From IMG/VR virus record IMGVR_UViG_3300018481_000018, positions 67,759 through 131,758 of that record: a stretch of DNA of 64,000 bases. The stretch is one strand, 5' to 3'. The notes under the pieces were generated by a model that was not told where the DNA came from, searched no databases, and saw only the letters and a program-made list of their open reading frames with translations. Both the position numbers and the translations under genes were made by a program. Below are positions 1 to 8,813 of this stretch, one piece after another. Every line of letters begins with the position of its first letter. Within the stretch, counting starts at the first letter, position 1. Origin of the DNA: a virus (taxonomy: Duplodnaviria; Heunggongvirae; Uroviricota; Caudoviricetes).

Positions 1-111
1 GTTGACGTCCGCGTCGGAGATCGAGAAGAACACCAGCGACCCGAGGAACGCCTCCGGAGGAAGGTTCTTGATCGCGTCTGTGTATCCGCTCATGACTTGT
101 GTGTTGCCCAT
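1..111 (-). CDS. hypothetical protein, 5' part only (continues beyond left edge)
   Basis: ATG at 111..109 preceded by AAGGAGG on - strand; frame open to position 1. Confidence 0.45.
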   Translation of the reverse strand, partial: MGNTQVMSGYTDAIKNLPPEAFLGSLVFFSISDADVN

Positions 112-152
112 CAGTGGCCTCCTTGTGGCCTCTTTGAACGCGTGTCTGAACA

Positions 153-587
153 CTACTGCATCGGGATGACACCGAGGCTCTTGTAGACCTCGGCGAGTTC
201 TTCGTCAGTGGGCGGATCGTCGTGGAGCCGGAAGTTGTGCTCGCCGTAGTGGTTGTCGACGTACTGGCAGTACTCGAGTGCGTGGGTGCACGTGCTCGGG
301 TTGTCGCAGCGAAGGCAGATGCTTGCCGAGCAAGCACAATTTTCGCAGAACTGGGAGCCCGGCTCGCCTACGTACGCTTCGCACTGCGGGCACCGGGGGT
401 GGCAGGTGCACGTCTGGTCATACCAGTCGTTTCCACACTTCTGGCAGAACGCGCGGTGCCCACCACTGTGGCCGGGGACGTCGGTACAGATCGTTCCGGC
501 CATGAAGTCCTGTCCGCAGACCGGATTGCCCCACGAGTCGGTGTCCATGAGTCGCATCACAGCCCCCTGTCGATCACCGTCACCCAC
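153..587 (-). CDS. hypothetical Cys-rich protein (144 aa)
   Basis: ORF track; many CxxC pairs; tight spacing with neighbours. Confidence 0.6.
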   Translation of the reverse strand: MGDGDRQGAVMRLMDTDSWGNPVCGQDFMAGTICTDVPGHSGGHRAFCQKCGNDWYDQTCTCHPRCPQCEAYVGEPGSQFCENCACSASICLRCDNPSTCTHALEYCQYVDNHYGEHNFRLHDDPPTDEELAEVYKSLGVIPMQ

Positions 588-677
588 TCGACGAAGTAGC
601 CGAGCTTCTCGATGGCCTCGCGGATCTCATCCCCATCCACCAGGTCAGGATCGCTGGTGTGGATCTCGATGTCCATG

Positions 678-1481
678 TCACCCGCTCCAGTGCAGGTAGG
701 CATGGCCGTCCTGGGCGATCAGGTCCAGGAGCTCGTCGCAGAACTCGACAAGCACGTGCGCGGAGTCGATGTAGGACTCGTGCATCTTGAAGCGGTGGAT
801 GGCGTGCACGCACGGCGTTCCCATGAAGTCCACCCCGGGGATTAGGGCGACCACTTCGAGTGGGTCGCCCAGCCAGAAGTCGCCCTGGGCGGTGCCGAAG
901 GCGTCCCAGCCGGAGTTGTCGGCCTTCTCGGCGTGCTCCATCCGCATGGTGTGGAAGTAGCGCAGCGCCTGTTCCTGATTCATGGGCCCGTCGGTGTCCT
1001 GGGGCCGCAGTGAGATCGCACGCTGGGGATCGGCGCGGTAAACGTGCTCTCCACGCAGCTTCTCCAGGGCGGCTGCGCAGGTCACGGCGCGGTCGCGGCA
1101 CTCCTTAACCTTGGCCGGATCGTCGACCTTGATCAGGTAGTCATTCAGGTCGCCCAGCGGGGAGAAGATCCCGTAGTAGTCGAAGCTGTCGTTGTGCGTG
1201 ACCTCCGGGACGAAGCTGTTGAAGCCGCCGGCGTTGTAGCTCGAGCGCAGGTAGCGTCGGCTGTTGATGTTGTCGGGGTACTTCTGCGAAGGGGTGCTGG
1301 TCGGACCAGGGAGGGCTTCCCGCTCGGCCCACTCAGCCTTCTTCTCATCCTCGGTCCACTCGCCGTATGGCTTGCCGTAGGGGTTGTCGTTCCCTTCGTC
1401 GCTGTCTTCGTTCCAGCGAGCCGCGAAGGCGTCGTGCGCCTCCTGCTCGGCCCTGGTGTAGGTGTAGACGTCCAATCCCAT
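678..1481 (-). CDS. hypothetical protein (267 aa)
   Basis: ORF track; acidic protein-like composition; abuts next gene. Confidence 0.6.
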   Translation of the reverse strand: MGLDVYTYTRAEQEAHDAFAARWNEDSDEGNDNPYGKPYGEWTEDEKKAEWAEREALPGPTSTPSQKYPDNINSRRYLRSSYNAGGFNSFVPEVTHNDSFDYYGIFSPLGDLNDYLIKVDDPAKVKECRDRAVTCAAALEKLRGEHVYRADPQRAISLRPQDTDGPMNQEQALRYFHTMRMEHAEKADNSGWDAFGTAQGDFWLGDPLEVVALIPGVDFMGTPCVHAIHRFKMHESYIDSAHVLVEFCDELLDLIAQDGHAYLHWSG

Positions 1482-1482
1482 G

Positions 1483-1776
1483 TCACTTCTCCTTGGGGTG
1501 GTTGTGCCTGTGCGCGATCAGGCGCAGTTCCTCGTTGCTGTTCGTCCTGAGTTGGGTGAAGCAGGGCCAGCACGTGAAGGTGTACTGGGACTCCGGGATG
1601 GAGTTCTCCCACAGGATCTCCATTGTCCTGTCGTGCGATGTGGTGTTGGGGCCCCGCACCTTGTGCTGTCGATCAGTGCGGGCCACTCGGAAGCAGTGAG
1701 TGCACTGGTAGAGCCTTCGTCCATCGCTTTGAACGGCCGTCCGAAAGCTCAGGCTGGGGCAGAAGGTGGCGGTCAT
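1483..1776 (-). CDS. hypothetical Cys-containing small protein (97 aa)
   Basis: ORF track; 4-nt overlap (ATGA) with upstream gene. Confidence 0.5.
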   Translation of the reverse strand: MTATFCPSLSFRTAVQSDGRRLYQCTHCFRVARTDRQHKVRGPNTTSHDRTMEILWENSIPESQYTFTCWPCFTQLRTNSNEELRLIAHRHNHPKEK

Positions 1777-2471
1777 AGGGCGACCTCCACTTCATGCTCT
1801 TCGATGTAGAGGACCACGCCCTGGCGCTCGGTGAGCTCCTCGATCAGGTCTCCGCATCCCTGAGTGGTCGAGACATCGAACTTGCCCTCTGGGTCGAAGT
1901 TCTCCTGGAGCGTCTTGAACGCGTCCTCTTCGGTGCCATGGACGGTGGTGGCGATCTCGTCGGCGTCCGTGGTCAGGGTCCAGACTCGAACGCGAGCCTT
2001 GACCTCAGCCCCCAGGCTCTGGAGTGCCGCGCGCAGCTCCGCCTCGCTGACCGGCGGCACTTCGGGCTCCTCGTCGCCGTAGATGGTCTTGGCCTCGATC
2101 GTCTCGACCACGTTGTCGGTGACCTTGATCTTCCAGTTGTCGTCGGATTCCTCACCGTCGCAATAGATCTCCCCATTCACCTTGTGGTCGCAGGTGAAGT
2201 TCTTGAGTCGGGGGTCCTCGTTGATGTGCGCCTGGATGTATGCCTTGTCGGACAGCAGCCGAACGATGTAGGCCATCCACTCGGCGGAGTAGTAGAACTT
2301 CTCGCCGTCGTCCCACATGATCTCGGTGCCATCGTCGCTGGGGATCCACTGACACCACAGGCCCGGCTGATCCGGGTCGGAGCCGTTGTGGTTGAGCACC
2401 TCGTCGGGGCCGGCTCCCTGGCCGTACGCGCCCTCGCCTTTGACGAACAACGGCCCGCCAGTACGGTCCAT
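1773..2471 (-). CDS. hypothetical protein (232 aa)
   Basis: ORF track; acidic, protein-like; ATG start (first canonical start after HNH stop). Confidence 0.6.
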   Translation of the reverse strand: MDRTGGPLFVKGEGAYGQGAGPDEVLNHNGSDPDQPGLWCQWIPSDDGTEIMWDDGEKFYYSAEWMAYIVRLLSDKAYIQAHINEDPRLKNFTCDHKVNGEIYCDGEESDDNWKIKVTDNVVETIEAKTIYGDEEPEVPPVSEAELRAALQSLGAEVKARVRVWTLTTDADEIATTVHGTEEDAFKTLQENFDPEGKFDVSTTQGCGDLIEELTERQGVVLYIEEHEVEVAL

Positions 2472-2585
2472 CCGGCGGGTCTGGTTGAACTCCTTGAGGA
2501 AGGTGATCTCGTCGTCGTTCAGCGGTGGCTCGACGGTGACCGAGCCTGAGAAGTAGGTGGTGTAGCCAATAACTACTGCCCTCCT

Positions 2586-3062
2586 TTACTGTACGTGAGT
2601 CCACGACTTGCGGGTCACGATGTTCCGGATCTGCACGTTGCTTACTGAGTAGCGACGTGCGATTGACACGTACGTCTCGCCGCTTTGGGCGGCTTGTCGA
2701 ATCTCTCGTACCTGCTCGGCCGACACCTTGGCGTTGTTGCCCGGCCGACCACGCGAGCCGTGGTTGAACCGATCGCGCTTGAGGCTGTCTTGCATGTTGT
2801 CTGATCGCGTTCCGTCGATGATGTGGTCGGGGTTGCAGCAGGGTGGGTTGTCGCACGTGTGTCGGGCGACAACTGGCCAGCGCCCGTGAGCCAAGAAGAA
2901 GGTGACCCTGGTGGAGTTGACCTTGTTCTTGAAGCCGACGACGGTGATCGAACCGCGTCCCGTGTGGGGGTTGTGACTGTGCTCTGCCCGCCAGGGCCAG
3001 CACTCGTTTGGCCCTCGCACGTCTACCTTGGGCCAGAAGCGACTCGCCAGAGACTGAACCAT
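2586..3062 (-). CDS. HNH homing endonuclease
   Basis: Motif HTCDNPPCCNPDHI typical of phage HNH endonucleases; N-terminal CWPW; ORF track. Confidence 0.75.
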   Translation of the reverse strand: MVQSLASRFWPKVDVRGPNECWPWRAEHSHNPHTGRGSITVVGFKNKVNSTRVTFFLAHGRWPVVARHTCDNPPCCNPDHIIDGTRSDNMQDSLKRDRFNHGSRGRPGNNAKVSAEQVREIRQAAQSGETYVSIARRYSVSNVQIRNIVTRKSWTHVQ

Positions 3063-3080
3063 GTTTGTAGGGTACTTGGT

Positions 3081-3182
3081 TCAGACCTCGAATCCGATGG
3101 CTCGCAGTACCTCAGGGAAAGCGGAGTCGAGCCTGTTCTCCTTGGGCTGCACGAGCCCGATCAGCAGCAGGTCTGCGCCCAT
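3081..3182 (-). CDS. small ORF (33 aa), translationally coupled
   Basis: ATG 3182..3180 overlaps stop of upstream gene (ATGA); MGADLLLIGLVQPKENRLDSAFPEVLRAIGFEV. Confidence 0.3.
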   Translation of the reverse strand: MGADLLLIGLVQPKENRLDSAFPEVLRAIGFEV

Positions 3183-3946
3183 CAGCTGTTCTCCTTCTCC
3201 CAGAAGTTCTCTGCGTCTTCCGTCGTGGTGATGGCTGCCTTGATGTCGTCAGGCACCTCGAGGCTCTCGTCGCGGATCACCTCGTAGCCGTTCTCGACAC
3301 CGCGCTCGGTCTCGATGCGCTTGCGGAAGGCGGCACTGCGGGCGCTCTCGATGTTGTCGGCGTCCCATTCGGCCTTGACCTCGGCGTACGGCCTGCCGTA
3401 CAGCACCTCGGCCGCGAGCTCGTAGGGGTCATGGGCGACCTGGAAGTACTCGCCGTCCTCGATCCGGTAGTGGTCGAGGTTGGAGCCGAAGTCCTCGTCG
3501 GCGTACTTCACCTCGAACTCCTCGTCGGGGAACTTGGCGGAGAGTGCCTCAATGATCGGAATGGGGTGAGACCAGGCGGTCTGGAACGTCAGCCGGCACA
3601 GGTCGCCGGGCAGCGGCTCGATCTCGGTCGAGTAGGCGTTCCACTTGGTGCCCCAGTGCCCGATGTTCCAGGAGTACCAGCACACGACACCCGGCTCGTG
3701 CTGACTGTTGCAGCCGCCCTCCTCCTTGTTGGGCGGGCTCGGGACGATCAGCTCGAAGTCCACGAACCGCTTGGGCAGTTCCTCCTGGGGGTAGGGCCAC
3801 TCGTTGCCGGTGCGCTCCTTGTAGCGGACCTTGGTCTCGGCGTGCTGCTGGTCGTGCGCAGCGATCTCTGCGGCGGTGTGCTCGCGAGTAATCGCGTGGA
3901 TCACCTTCGGGTTCGCGATGATGATGTTGCTGACGTGATTCGGCAT
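3182..3946 (-). CDS. hypothetical protein, possibly DUF1281/Api92-like ferredoxin-fold family (254 aa)
   Basis: N-terminal MPNxxSN motif; strong SD CCAAGGAGGAA before ATG 3946. Confidence 0.6.
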   Translation of the reverse strand: MPNHVSNIIIANPKVIHAITREHTAAEIAAHDQQHAETKVRYKERTGNEWPYPQEELPKRFVDFELIVPSPPNKEEGGCNSQHEPGVVCWYSWNIGHWGTKWNAYSTEIEPLPGDLCRLTFQTAWSHPIPIIEALSAKFPDEEFEVKYADEDFGSNLDHYRIEDGEYFQVAHDPYELAAEVLYGRPYAEVKAEWDADNIESARSAAFRKRIETERGVENGYEVIRDESLEVPDDIKAAITTTEDAENFWEKENS

Positions 3947-3964
3947 GGTTCCTCCTTGGGAATC

Positions 3965-4050
3965 AGGTTTTGAACGTTCGTCGAAACTCCGAATCGACGG
4001 GACGATGGCACTGTCACGCTATGCGTAGGGAACGCCTCATGCGTGACGTG
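3965..4050 (-). repeat. intergenic repeat element A: GAAACTCCGAATCGACGGGACGATGG core plus TCATGCG/TGACGTG heptad-like tail
   Basis: 26-nt core nearly identical to 22511-22537; tail overlaps stop of gene 4037..4327. Confidence 0.65.
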
Positions 4051-4327
4051 CGCGAGCGGCCGCGATGTCTTCGTCCATGCCGGGCCAGTACCCGCGCACG
4101 ATCTCAGTCGGAGCGTGCCCCTCGCCGCCACCAACGCAGTTGCCTCGATGGCGACGCGGAAGGGAGCAGTCGTCCAGATGTAGGCCGTACTGCTCATTCT
4201 CGGGGCGCAGGGCCCCGGCGGGCATCAGGCAGCGCACGCACTGCGTCGTGTCTTCGTTGGGCCCCGCAGGGGGCTTGTGTGGCCCGTCGGGGCACTTGCT
4301 TGGGTCCTGGTAGTAGTCGCCGATCAT
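4037..4327 (-). CDS. hypothetical Cys-rich protein (96 aa)
   Basis: ORF track; 3' end (..ARARHA*) runs into the TCACGCG-type repeat element. Confidence 0.55.
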   Translation of the reverse strand: MIGDYYQDPSKCPDGPHKPPAGPNEDTTQCVRCLMPAGALRPENEQYGLHLDDCSLPRRHRGNCVGGGEGHAPTEIVRGYWPGMDEDIAAARARHA

Positions 4328-4530
4328 GAGCCCTCCATGTCCAGGGTCAACTGTCCCCCGTGTTCGAGGAACAGGTCCTCGTAGTGCTGTCGCGCGTCGT
4401 TGGCCCGGTCACGAGCCTTCCGAGCCTGAGCTTCAAGGCGCGAAGCGGCACGGTCGGCGTTCCGTGCTCGAGCGTAGGCGTGCATGAGCTCGTCCTGCGC
4501 TTCGGGTGGGAGCGGCTCAAGCTTGTTCAT
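4324..4530 (-). CDS. hypothetical basic small protein (68 aa; alt start 4569)
   Basis: ORF track 4324..4569; internal ATG 4530 with GGAAGAGG upstream reduces overlap with upstream gene. Confidence 0.45.
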   Translation of the reverse strand: MNKLEPLPPEAQDELMHAYARARNADRAASRLEAQARKARDRANDARQHYEDLFLEHGGQLTLDMEGS

Positions 4531-4879
4531 CCTCTTCCGCCTGATCTTTCGTCTGGGTCTCCAGGTCATCCAGGTCGACCAACTGGCCAGCCTTCACGTA
4601 GTGGCTCTCTCCGGTCAACATGTCGGTGACCGCGAAGGTGAAGGTGTCCAGGCCGACGTGCGCGATGTGACGCATCGTCGTCTCGACAGCCTCTTGGGGG
4701 GTGGCGGCGTCCTCCACCTGGAGGAGCAGCTGTACGGTCGCCGGCCCCGTGAGCAGTACGGTGGTCCCCAGGTCGTTGACCGCTTGCACGGTCGGAATCA
4801 GGTCGTCGATCGCCGCTCGCACGCGGTCGTCCGTGGTTTCGGCCGTGGTCTCTTCTGAACGGGTGTCAGAATCCGACAT
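4517..4879 (-). CDS. hypothetical protein (120 aa)
   Basis: ATG 4879..4877 (MSDSDTRSEE..) preceded by AAGGAGG; longer ORF-track N-terminus is out-of-frame-looking junk. Confidence 0.55.
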   Translation of the reverse strand: MSDSDTRSEETTAETTDDRVRAAIDDLIPTVQAVNDLGTTVLLTGPATVQLLLQVEDAATPQEAVETTMRHIAHVGLDTFTFAVTDMLTGESHYVKAGQLVDLDDLETQTKDQAEEDEQA

Positions 4880-5459
4880 CAGAGTCGTCCTCCTTCTTGG
4901 TCTGGCGCACCTTGGCGAGTGCGGCGTCGAGCCCCTCGTCCACGGCCGCTTCTCGTTGACTGGTCTCGGTGAACCCGTCCTCGCGCAGGTCGCGCAGCTC
5001 CTGGTCCATGGGCTCGACGTGACCACCGTAGTCCGGATCGTCGCTGTCGCCGCTGGTGTCGTCCGGGTCGATGATGCCTGCGTCACCCTTCTCGCCGGGT
5101 GCGATGATCTCGTAGCCGCGCGCCAGCAGGAACCGGATCACGGCGGCCACTCGGCGGTCTCGGTGCCGCAGGGTCACGGGCAGGGCCGGCTCGGCACTGC
5201 GGCGCTCGAAGGACTTAGTGAAGCGCTCGTCGCGCCACCGCTGCATGAACTCCGGCTCGACCGGCCCGCCCTTGCAGGTGCAAGCACTCGTTTGCTTGGA
5301 GCAGGCTCGGCACGTGGTCCAGGCGACGAAGGTGCCGTCGCCGATCTCGGTCATCATGTGCACCGAGCCATCGGGCCTGCTGTGCTGGACCGTGCGCGGC
5401 TCGTGCTGCTCGTCGACGTCCGGCTCGGTGCCGGTCACGGTCTCGTATGAGTTGGTCAC
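4866..5459 (-). CDS. hypothetical protein (197 aa)
   Basis: ORF track; CxxC..CxC cluster; ATGA overlap with upstream gene. Confidence 0.6.
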   Translation of the reverse strand: MTNSYETVTGTEPDVDEQHEPRTVQHSRPDGSVHMMTEIGDGTFVAWTTCRACSKQTSACTCKGGPVEPEFMQRWRDERFTKSFERRSAEPALPVTLRHRDRRVAAVIRFLLARGYEIIAPGEKGDAGIIDPDDTSGDSDDPDYGGHVEPMDQELRDLREDGFTETSQREAAVDEGLDAALAKVRQTKKEDDSDVGF

Positions 5460-5761
5460 TGACCTCTCGCTTTCTTGGTGATGCGGACAGCGTCTTCTGG
5501 CTCGACCAGCAGTGCGTTGGCCTCTTGGCCGTTGGGCTCCATGGTTGTCACGTCCTCGCGGTTCTCGAACTTGGCGAGGATCAGCTTCCGACCGTGAGAG
5601 TTCGCCAGCTCCTGAGCGACGTGCTCGAGGCTCTTCATGCGCTCCATGTCCGCGCCGATCAGGGGAAGCCAGCCGAGGTTCGGATCCAGGTAGGCGGCAA
5701 CCCCCTCTCCCTCGTCGTCGGTGGTGATCCAGGCGTACAGCCGGTCGATGCTGTGCGTCAC
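5456..5761 (-). CDS. hypothetical protein (101 aa)
   Basis: ORF track; ATGA overlaps both sides. Confidence 0.55.
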   Translation of the reverse strand: MTHSIDRLYAWITTDDEGEGVAAYLDPNLGWLPLIGADMERMKSLEHVAQELANSHGRKLILAKFENREDVTTMEPNGQEANALLVEPEDAVRITKKARGQ

Positions 5762-6282
5762 TGCTCCTCCTTGGGAATGAGGGCGGCCTTGAGCGCCTCC
5801 CCGATGGGGGCGAACGCCGCAGCCTGCTCGGGGGTGGGGCCCTCCGTGTTCATCTTGTCAAGCGCCTCTTGCCACTTCTCGCTCATGTCGACGGGATCGA
5901 CTGCGCCTCGGGCGAAGGCTTCAAGAACGCGGGGCCACTCGGCGATCCACTCGCCATTGGCCTCGACCATGTGCGCCGGCGGCGCGTCGGGGATGCGGAA
6001 GTAGTACGTCGCGTAGGTGCTGTCGAACTCGTCGTCGAAGTCGGCCAGGTACAGCTCGTGAGCGCGCAGCCTGTCAGTGACCTCCTGATAGTCGGGCCGG
6101 TTGCCGCCGCCGTTGCGGGTGTAGATGGCGTAGCGCAGGTCCTCGCCGTCACGCTCCACCCAGGCGTCCCGGAACCGACCGAACTCTCCGAGACTGTCGA
6201 GCTTGAGCATGGCGGCGCACAGAATGCCACGTCGGCCTTCATCTCCGTCGCCCATCACCAGGTTGTAGAGACCGCCGCTCAC
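5758..6282 (-). CDS. hypothetical protein (~174 aa)
   Basis: GTG 6282..6280 overlaps upstream stop (GTGA) and follows GAGGGTGG; alt ATG 6255. Confidence 0.55.
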   Translation of the reverse strand: MSGGLYNLVMGDGDEGRRGILCAAMLKLDSLGEFGRFRDAWVERDGEDLRYAIYTRNGGGNRPDYQEVTDRLRAHELYLADFDDEFDSTYATYYFRIPDAPPAHMVEANGEWIAEWPRVLEAFARGAVDPVDMSEKWQEALDKMNTEGPTPEQAAAFAPIGEALKAALIPKEEQ

Positions 6283-6548
6283 GAGTCCACCCTCACGATC
6301 GAGGTGATCTGCTCGTCGTAGGAGTGGCCCAGGTCGTGCGCCTCGGTCCGCCATGCATCCGTGGGCCCATCTTCCAGGAACTCCTGGACGTTGGCCTCGA
6401 GATCTTCGCCAAGGTCGTTCCGCAGGTCGTCGACAGTGGCGAACTCGGGCCCGCCGGCCGCGACGATCCAGGCCAGGAACTCCTGGTCGTCAACCTCGAT
6501 GGTCGAGGTGCGAAAGACGGTCTCTTCGTAGTTCAGCTTGACCTTCAT
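6279..6548 (-). CDS. hypothetical acidic protein (89 aa)
   Basis: ORF track; SD CCCAAGGAGGCAA before start. Confidence 0.6.
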   Translation of the reverse strand: MKVKLNYEETVFRTSTIEVDDQEFLAWIVAAGGPEFATVDDLRNDLGEDLEANVQEFLEDGPTDAWRTEAHDLGHSYDEQITSIVRVDS

Positions 6549-7048
6549 TCGGTTGCCTCCTTGGGCATGTAGTCATCAACGTCGTTGTACGCCTTGATGT
6601 CCTTGATCTTGGAGAGCCCGCCGTACCTCAGGTCGATGGGCTCCGGGTCTCGCTGCACCGCGCCGGGCGTGAGCATCTCCGTCTGGTAGGAGTTGCTGAT
6701 CAGTCGTCCCTCGGTGAACCCGATGCCGAGGCTGAACTGGAAGCACCACAGATGGAACTGGTTTGCCATGTCCACGATGCGTGACTCAGCCGGGTAGATC
6801 TCTACAGCTTCCCACTCGGGGCCGGCCAGTTGATTCTTGATCCGCTGGAAGTCGCGCCAGTCGCGTGCCGGCTCGCGGTCCTGTCGGCGCACGCTGAGGT
6901 GGATCATCGGTGGTACGTCAGGTTCCTTGGAGTGGTGGACACGCTTGTTCACGACGTACTGGTCGTTGGCCCACTGCTCCTCGGCTCCCAGGTCGATCGG
7001 CTTGCCGTAGCGATGCGGCACCGACCGTTCGAGCTCGTGCCAGGTCAT
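6545..7048 (-). CDS. hypothetical protein (167 aa)
   Basis: ATG 7048..7046 shares 1 nt with upstream stop (TGATG); ORF-track start 7093 would overlap upstream gene by 46 nt. Confidence 0.55.
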   Translation of the reverse strand: MTWHELERSVPHRYGKPIDLGAEEQWANDQYVVNKRVHHSKEPDVPPMIHLSVRRQDREPARDWRDFQRIKNQLAGPEWEAVEIYPAESRIVDMANQFHLWCFQFSLGIGFTEGRLISNSYQTEMLTPGAVQRDPEPIDLRYGGLSKIKDIKAYNDVDDYMPKEATE

Positions 7049-7266
7049 CAGTGGCTCGTGTGCCCAGGGTGGACGTCGGGGTCGTTCCGCCAATCAGGCG
7101 GTTGCCACGCGTTGACGTCGGCGACCTTGGGCTCGGTCGGCGTGTGGATCTGCACGGTGTTCGGCAGGATCTCGATGACTGCCTTCTGCTCGTCGGTCTG
7201 GACATCGAACTCGGCGGTGATGTCCTCGCCGCTGGGCTGATGGATGATCAGAGTCGCTCGGGTCAT
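7048..7266 (-). CDS. hypothetical protein (72 aa)
   Basis: ORF track; coupled to neighbours. Confidence 0.5.
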   Translation of the reverse strand: MTRATLIIHQPSGEDITAEFDVQTDEQKAVIEILPNTVQIHTPTEPKVADVNAWQPPDWRNDPDVHPGHTSH

Positions 7267-7730
7267 GATGCGGCCGCCTCTAGGATGGACCGGATGGCCC
7301 TTTCCTCCTTGGACTGGTCAATGGGGTGCGTCTTCTCCTGCTTGGAGAGCAGATTGCGCGCGAAGAGCGGACAGTCCTTGCGTTTCTGGCCCTGGTGGCC
7401 CTCGAACCTGAGGACCCACTCGCCCTCGACCCACTCGTAGACCGCGAAGTTGAGTGCGACCACGCCGCTGTAGCGGTCCGATCTGTACCTGGTGCCCCGC
7501 TCGGTGCGCGCCACCCACATCAGCGACTTGCGCGCGTCGGCCAGTGAGTAGTGATGGCGGAGTTTGCCCTCGCCTTTGCCGACGAGTTCGTAGTCGTAGA
7601 CCTCTTCACCTTGGGAGTTCGTGACTTTGCCGCGACTGGTGTAGTCAGCGTCCTCGAGCCACGACATCCAGGTCTGGATGGGAGGGAACATCGACGGATC
7701 GTTGGGGATCTTCTTGTTGGAGTAGGCCAT
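7263..7730 (-). CDS. hypothetical protein (155 aa)
   Basis: ORF track; protein-like composition. Confidence 0.6.
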   Translation of the reverse strand: MAYSNKKIPNDPSMFPPIQTWMSWLEDADYTSRGKVTNSQGEEVYDYELVGKGEGKLRHHYSLADARKSLMWVARTERGTRYRSDRYSGVVALNFAVYEWVEGEWVLRFEGHQGQKRKDCPLFARNLLSKQEKTHPIDQSKEERAIRSILEAAAS

Positions 7731-7993
7731 CAGCCGAACGACTCCACCGCGAGGCCCACCAAGTCGGGCCGGTCATCACACTCGAGCACCTCGACGAAGT
7801 ACCCGGCGTTTCCAGACGTCCGCCCAGTCCCGGTGTACTGCATCAGGTACTCCATGGCCCACTCCTCGTGGTCCAGGTCCTCGTTGGGGAAGCCGGCGAC
7901 CAGGCCGGCAGGCGAGGGCTCGTCCACGGTCTGAGTGACCTCGTAGGGGCTCTCGCCGTCGTAGACAGTGGTTGCCTTGATCTTGATCTTCAT
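7730..7993 (-). CDS. hypothetical protein (87 aa)
   Basis: ATG 7993..7991 (MKIKIKATTVYDG..) preceded by GAAGGAGCC; ORF-track N-terminal extension is Arg/Gly-rich junk. Confidence 0.55.
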   Translation of the reverse strand: MKIKIKATTVYDGESPYEVTQTVDEPSPAGLVAGFPNEDLDHEEWAMEYLMQYTGTGRTSGNAGYFVEVLECDDRPDLVGLAVESFG

Positions 7994-8601
7994 CCCAGGC
8001 TCCTTCGGAATGACTCGTCGGCGAGCTTCAGCATCGCCGCCTTCGTGGCTCGTTCGTCGGCAATCTTGCTGTGCAGGGCTTGGCGCTCGAGCTCGACGGC
8101 GGCATCCTTGTTGGCCAGCTCGTCGCCCGTCTCCAGGTCCAGGTTCACGTGCGTTCCGGCCGGCTCGGCCACCTGGCCCTGGTACTCCGGCAGGGGTGTG
8201 CCGAACGGCAGGCCCATGAGTCGTGTCATCGCGGCCTCGCAGGTGCGCAGGCCATAGACCGGTTCGGTGACCTCCACCTCGTCGCCCTCGTGGTGTCGCC
8301 ACTCGAGCATGTCGGGCAGGAACACGATCACGTCGCCGCAGTTCTTGCAGTCGTCCTCCATCGCGGTGTAACGCTCGTGCTCGAAGCGGGTGACCTCGCG
8401 GACCTCAGCCTGCTCGTGACACACCAGGCAGGGAGCGGAGTCGAGATCCTTGCTGCGTCCCTGCGCTTCGGCAGTGCCGCTGGTCTTGACGTCCATGTGC
8501 GCCCCGCAGTGTTCGGCGTGCCAGTAGCGTTCTACCTTCTCATCGGGGAGTGGGTTCGTGAGCTGGCCTTTCTGTTGGGCCAGGCGCTCGTCGTCGTTCA
8601 T
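7990..8601 (-). CDS. hypothetical protein with CxxC motifs (203 aa)
   Basis: ATG 8601..8599 overlaps upstream stop (ATGA); ORF track 7990..8643. Confidence 0.55.
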   Translation of the reverse strand: MNDDERLAQQKGQLTNPLPDEKVERYWHAEHCGAHMDVKTSGTAEAQGRSKDLDSAPCLVCHEQAEVREVTRFEHERYTAMEDDCKNCGDVIVFLPDMLEWRHHEGDEVEVTEPVYGLRTCEAAMTRLMGLPFGTPLPEYQGQVAEPAGTHVNLDLETGDELANKDAAVELERQALHSKIADERATKAAMLKLADESFRRSLG

Positions 8602-8813
8602 GATCCCTCGCAGTCGTTGCCGTGATGACCGCAGACGGGGCATTCGCCAGTGCCGACCTTCGGGTGTGGTCCGCTGTCTTGCTGCACCTCGAAGGTGTCC
8701 CAGTCCATGTCGGGGTCACGCAGGTCGTCGAGCGCGTATTCCTTGGCCTGCTCTTCGGTGTCGGCTGTCACCTGCACTGGGATGCGCACGGTCCAGATCT
8801 TTTCGCCATTCAT
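8598..8813 (-). CDS. hypothetical small protein with C-terminal CPVCGHHGNDC (71 aa)
   Basis: ATG 8813..8811 overlaps upstream stop; upstream ORF-track extension is junk. Confidence 0.5.
   Translation of the reverse strand: MNGEKIWTVRIPVQVTADTEEQAKEYALDDLRDPDMDWDTFEVQQDSGPHPKVGTGECPVCGHHGNDCEGS

Noticed and set aside
2152-3003. 283-aa minus-strand ORF overlapping the HNH endonuclease gene
   Set aside because: The translation is Arg/Pro/Gln-rich junk typical of an off-frame read in high-GC DNA. It overlaps a confidently identified HNH gene in another frame.
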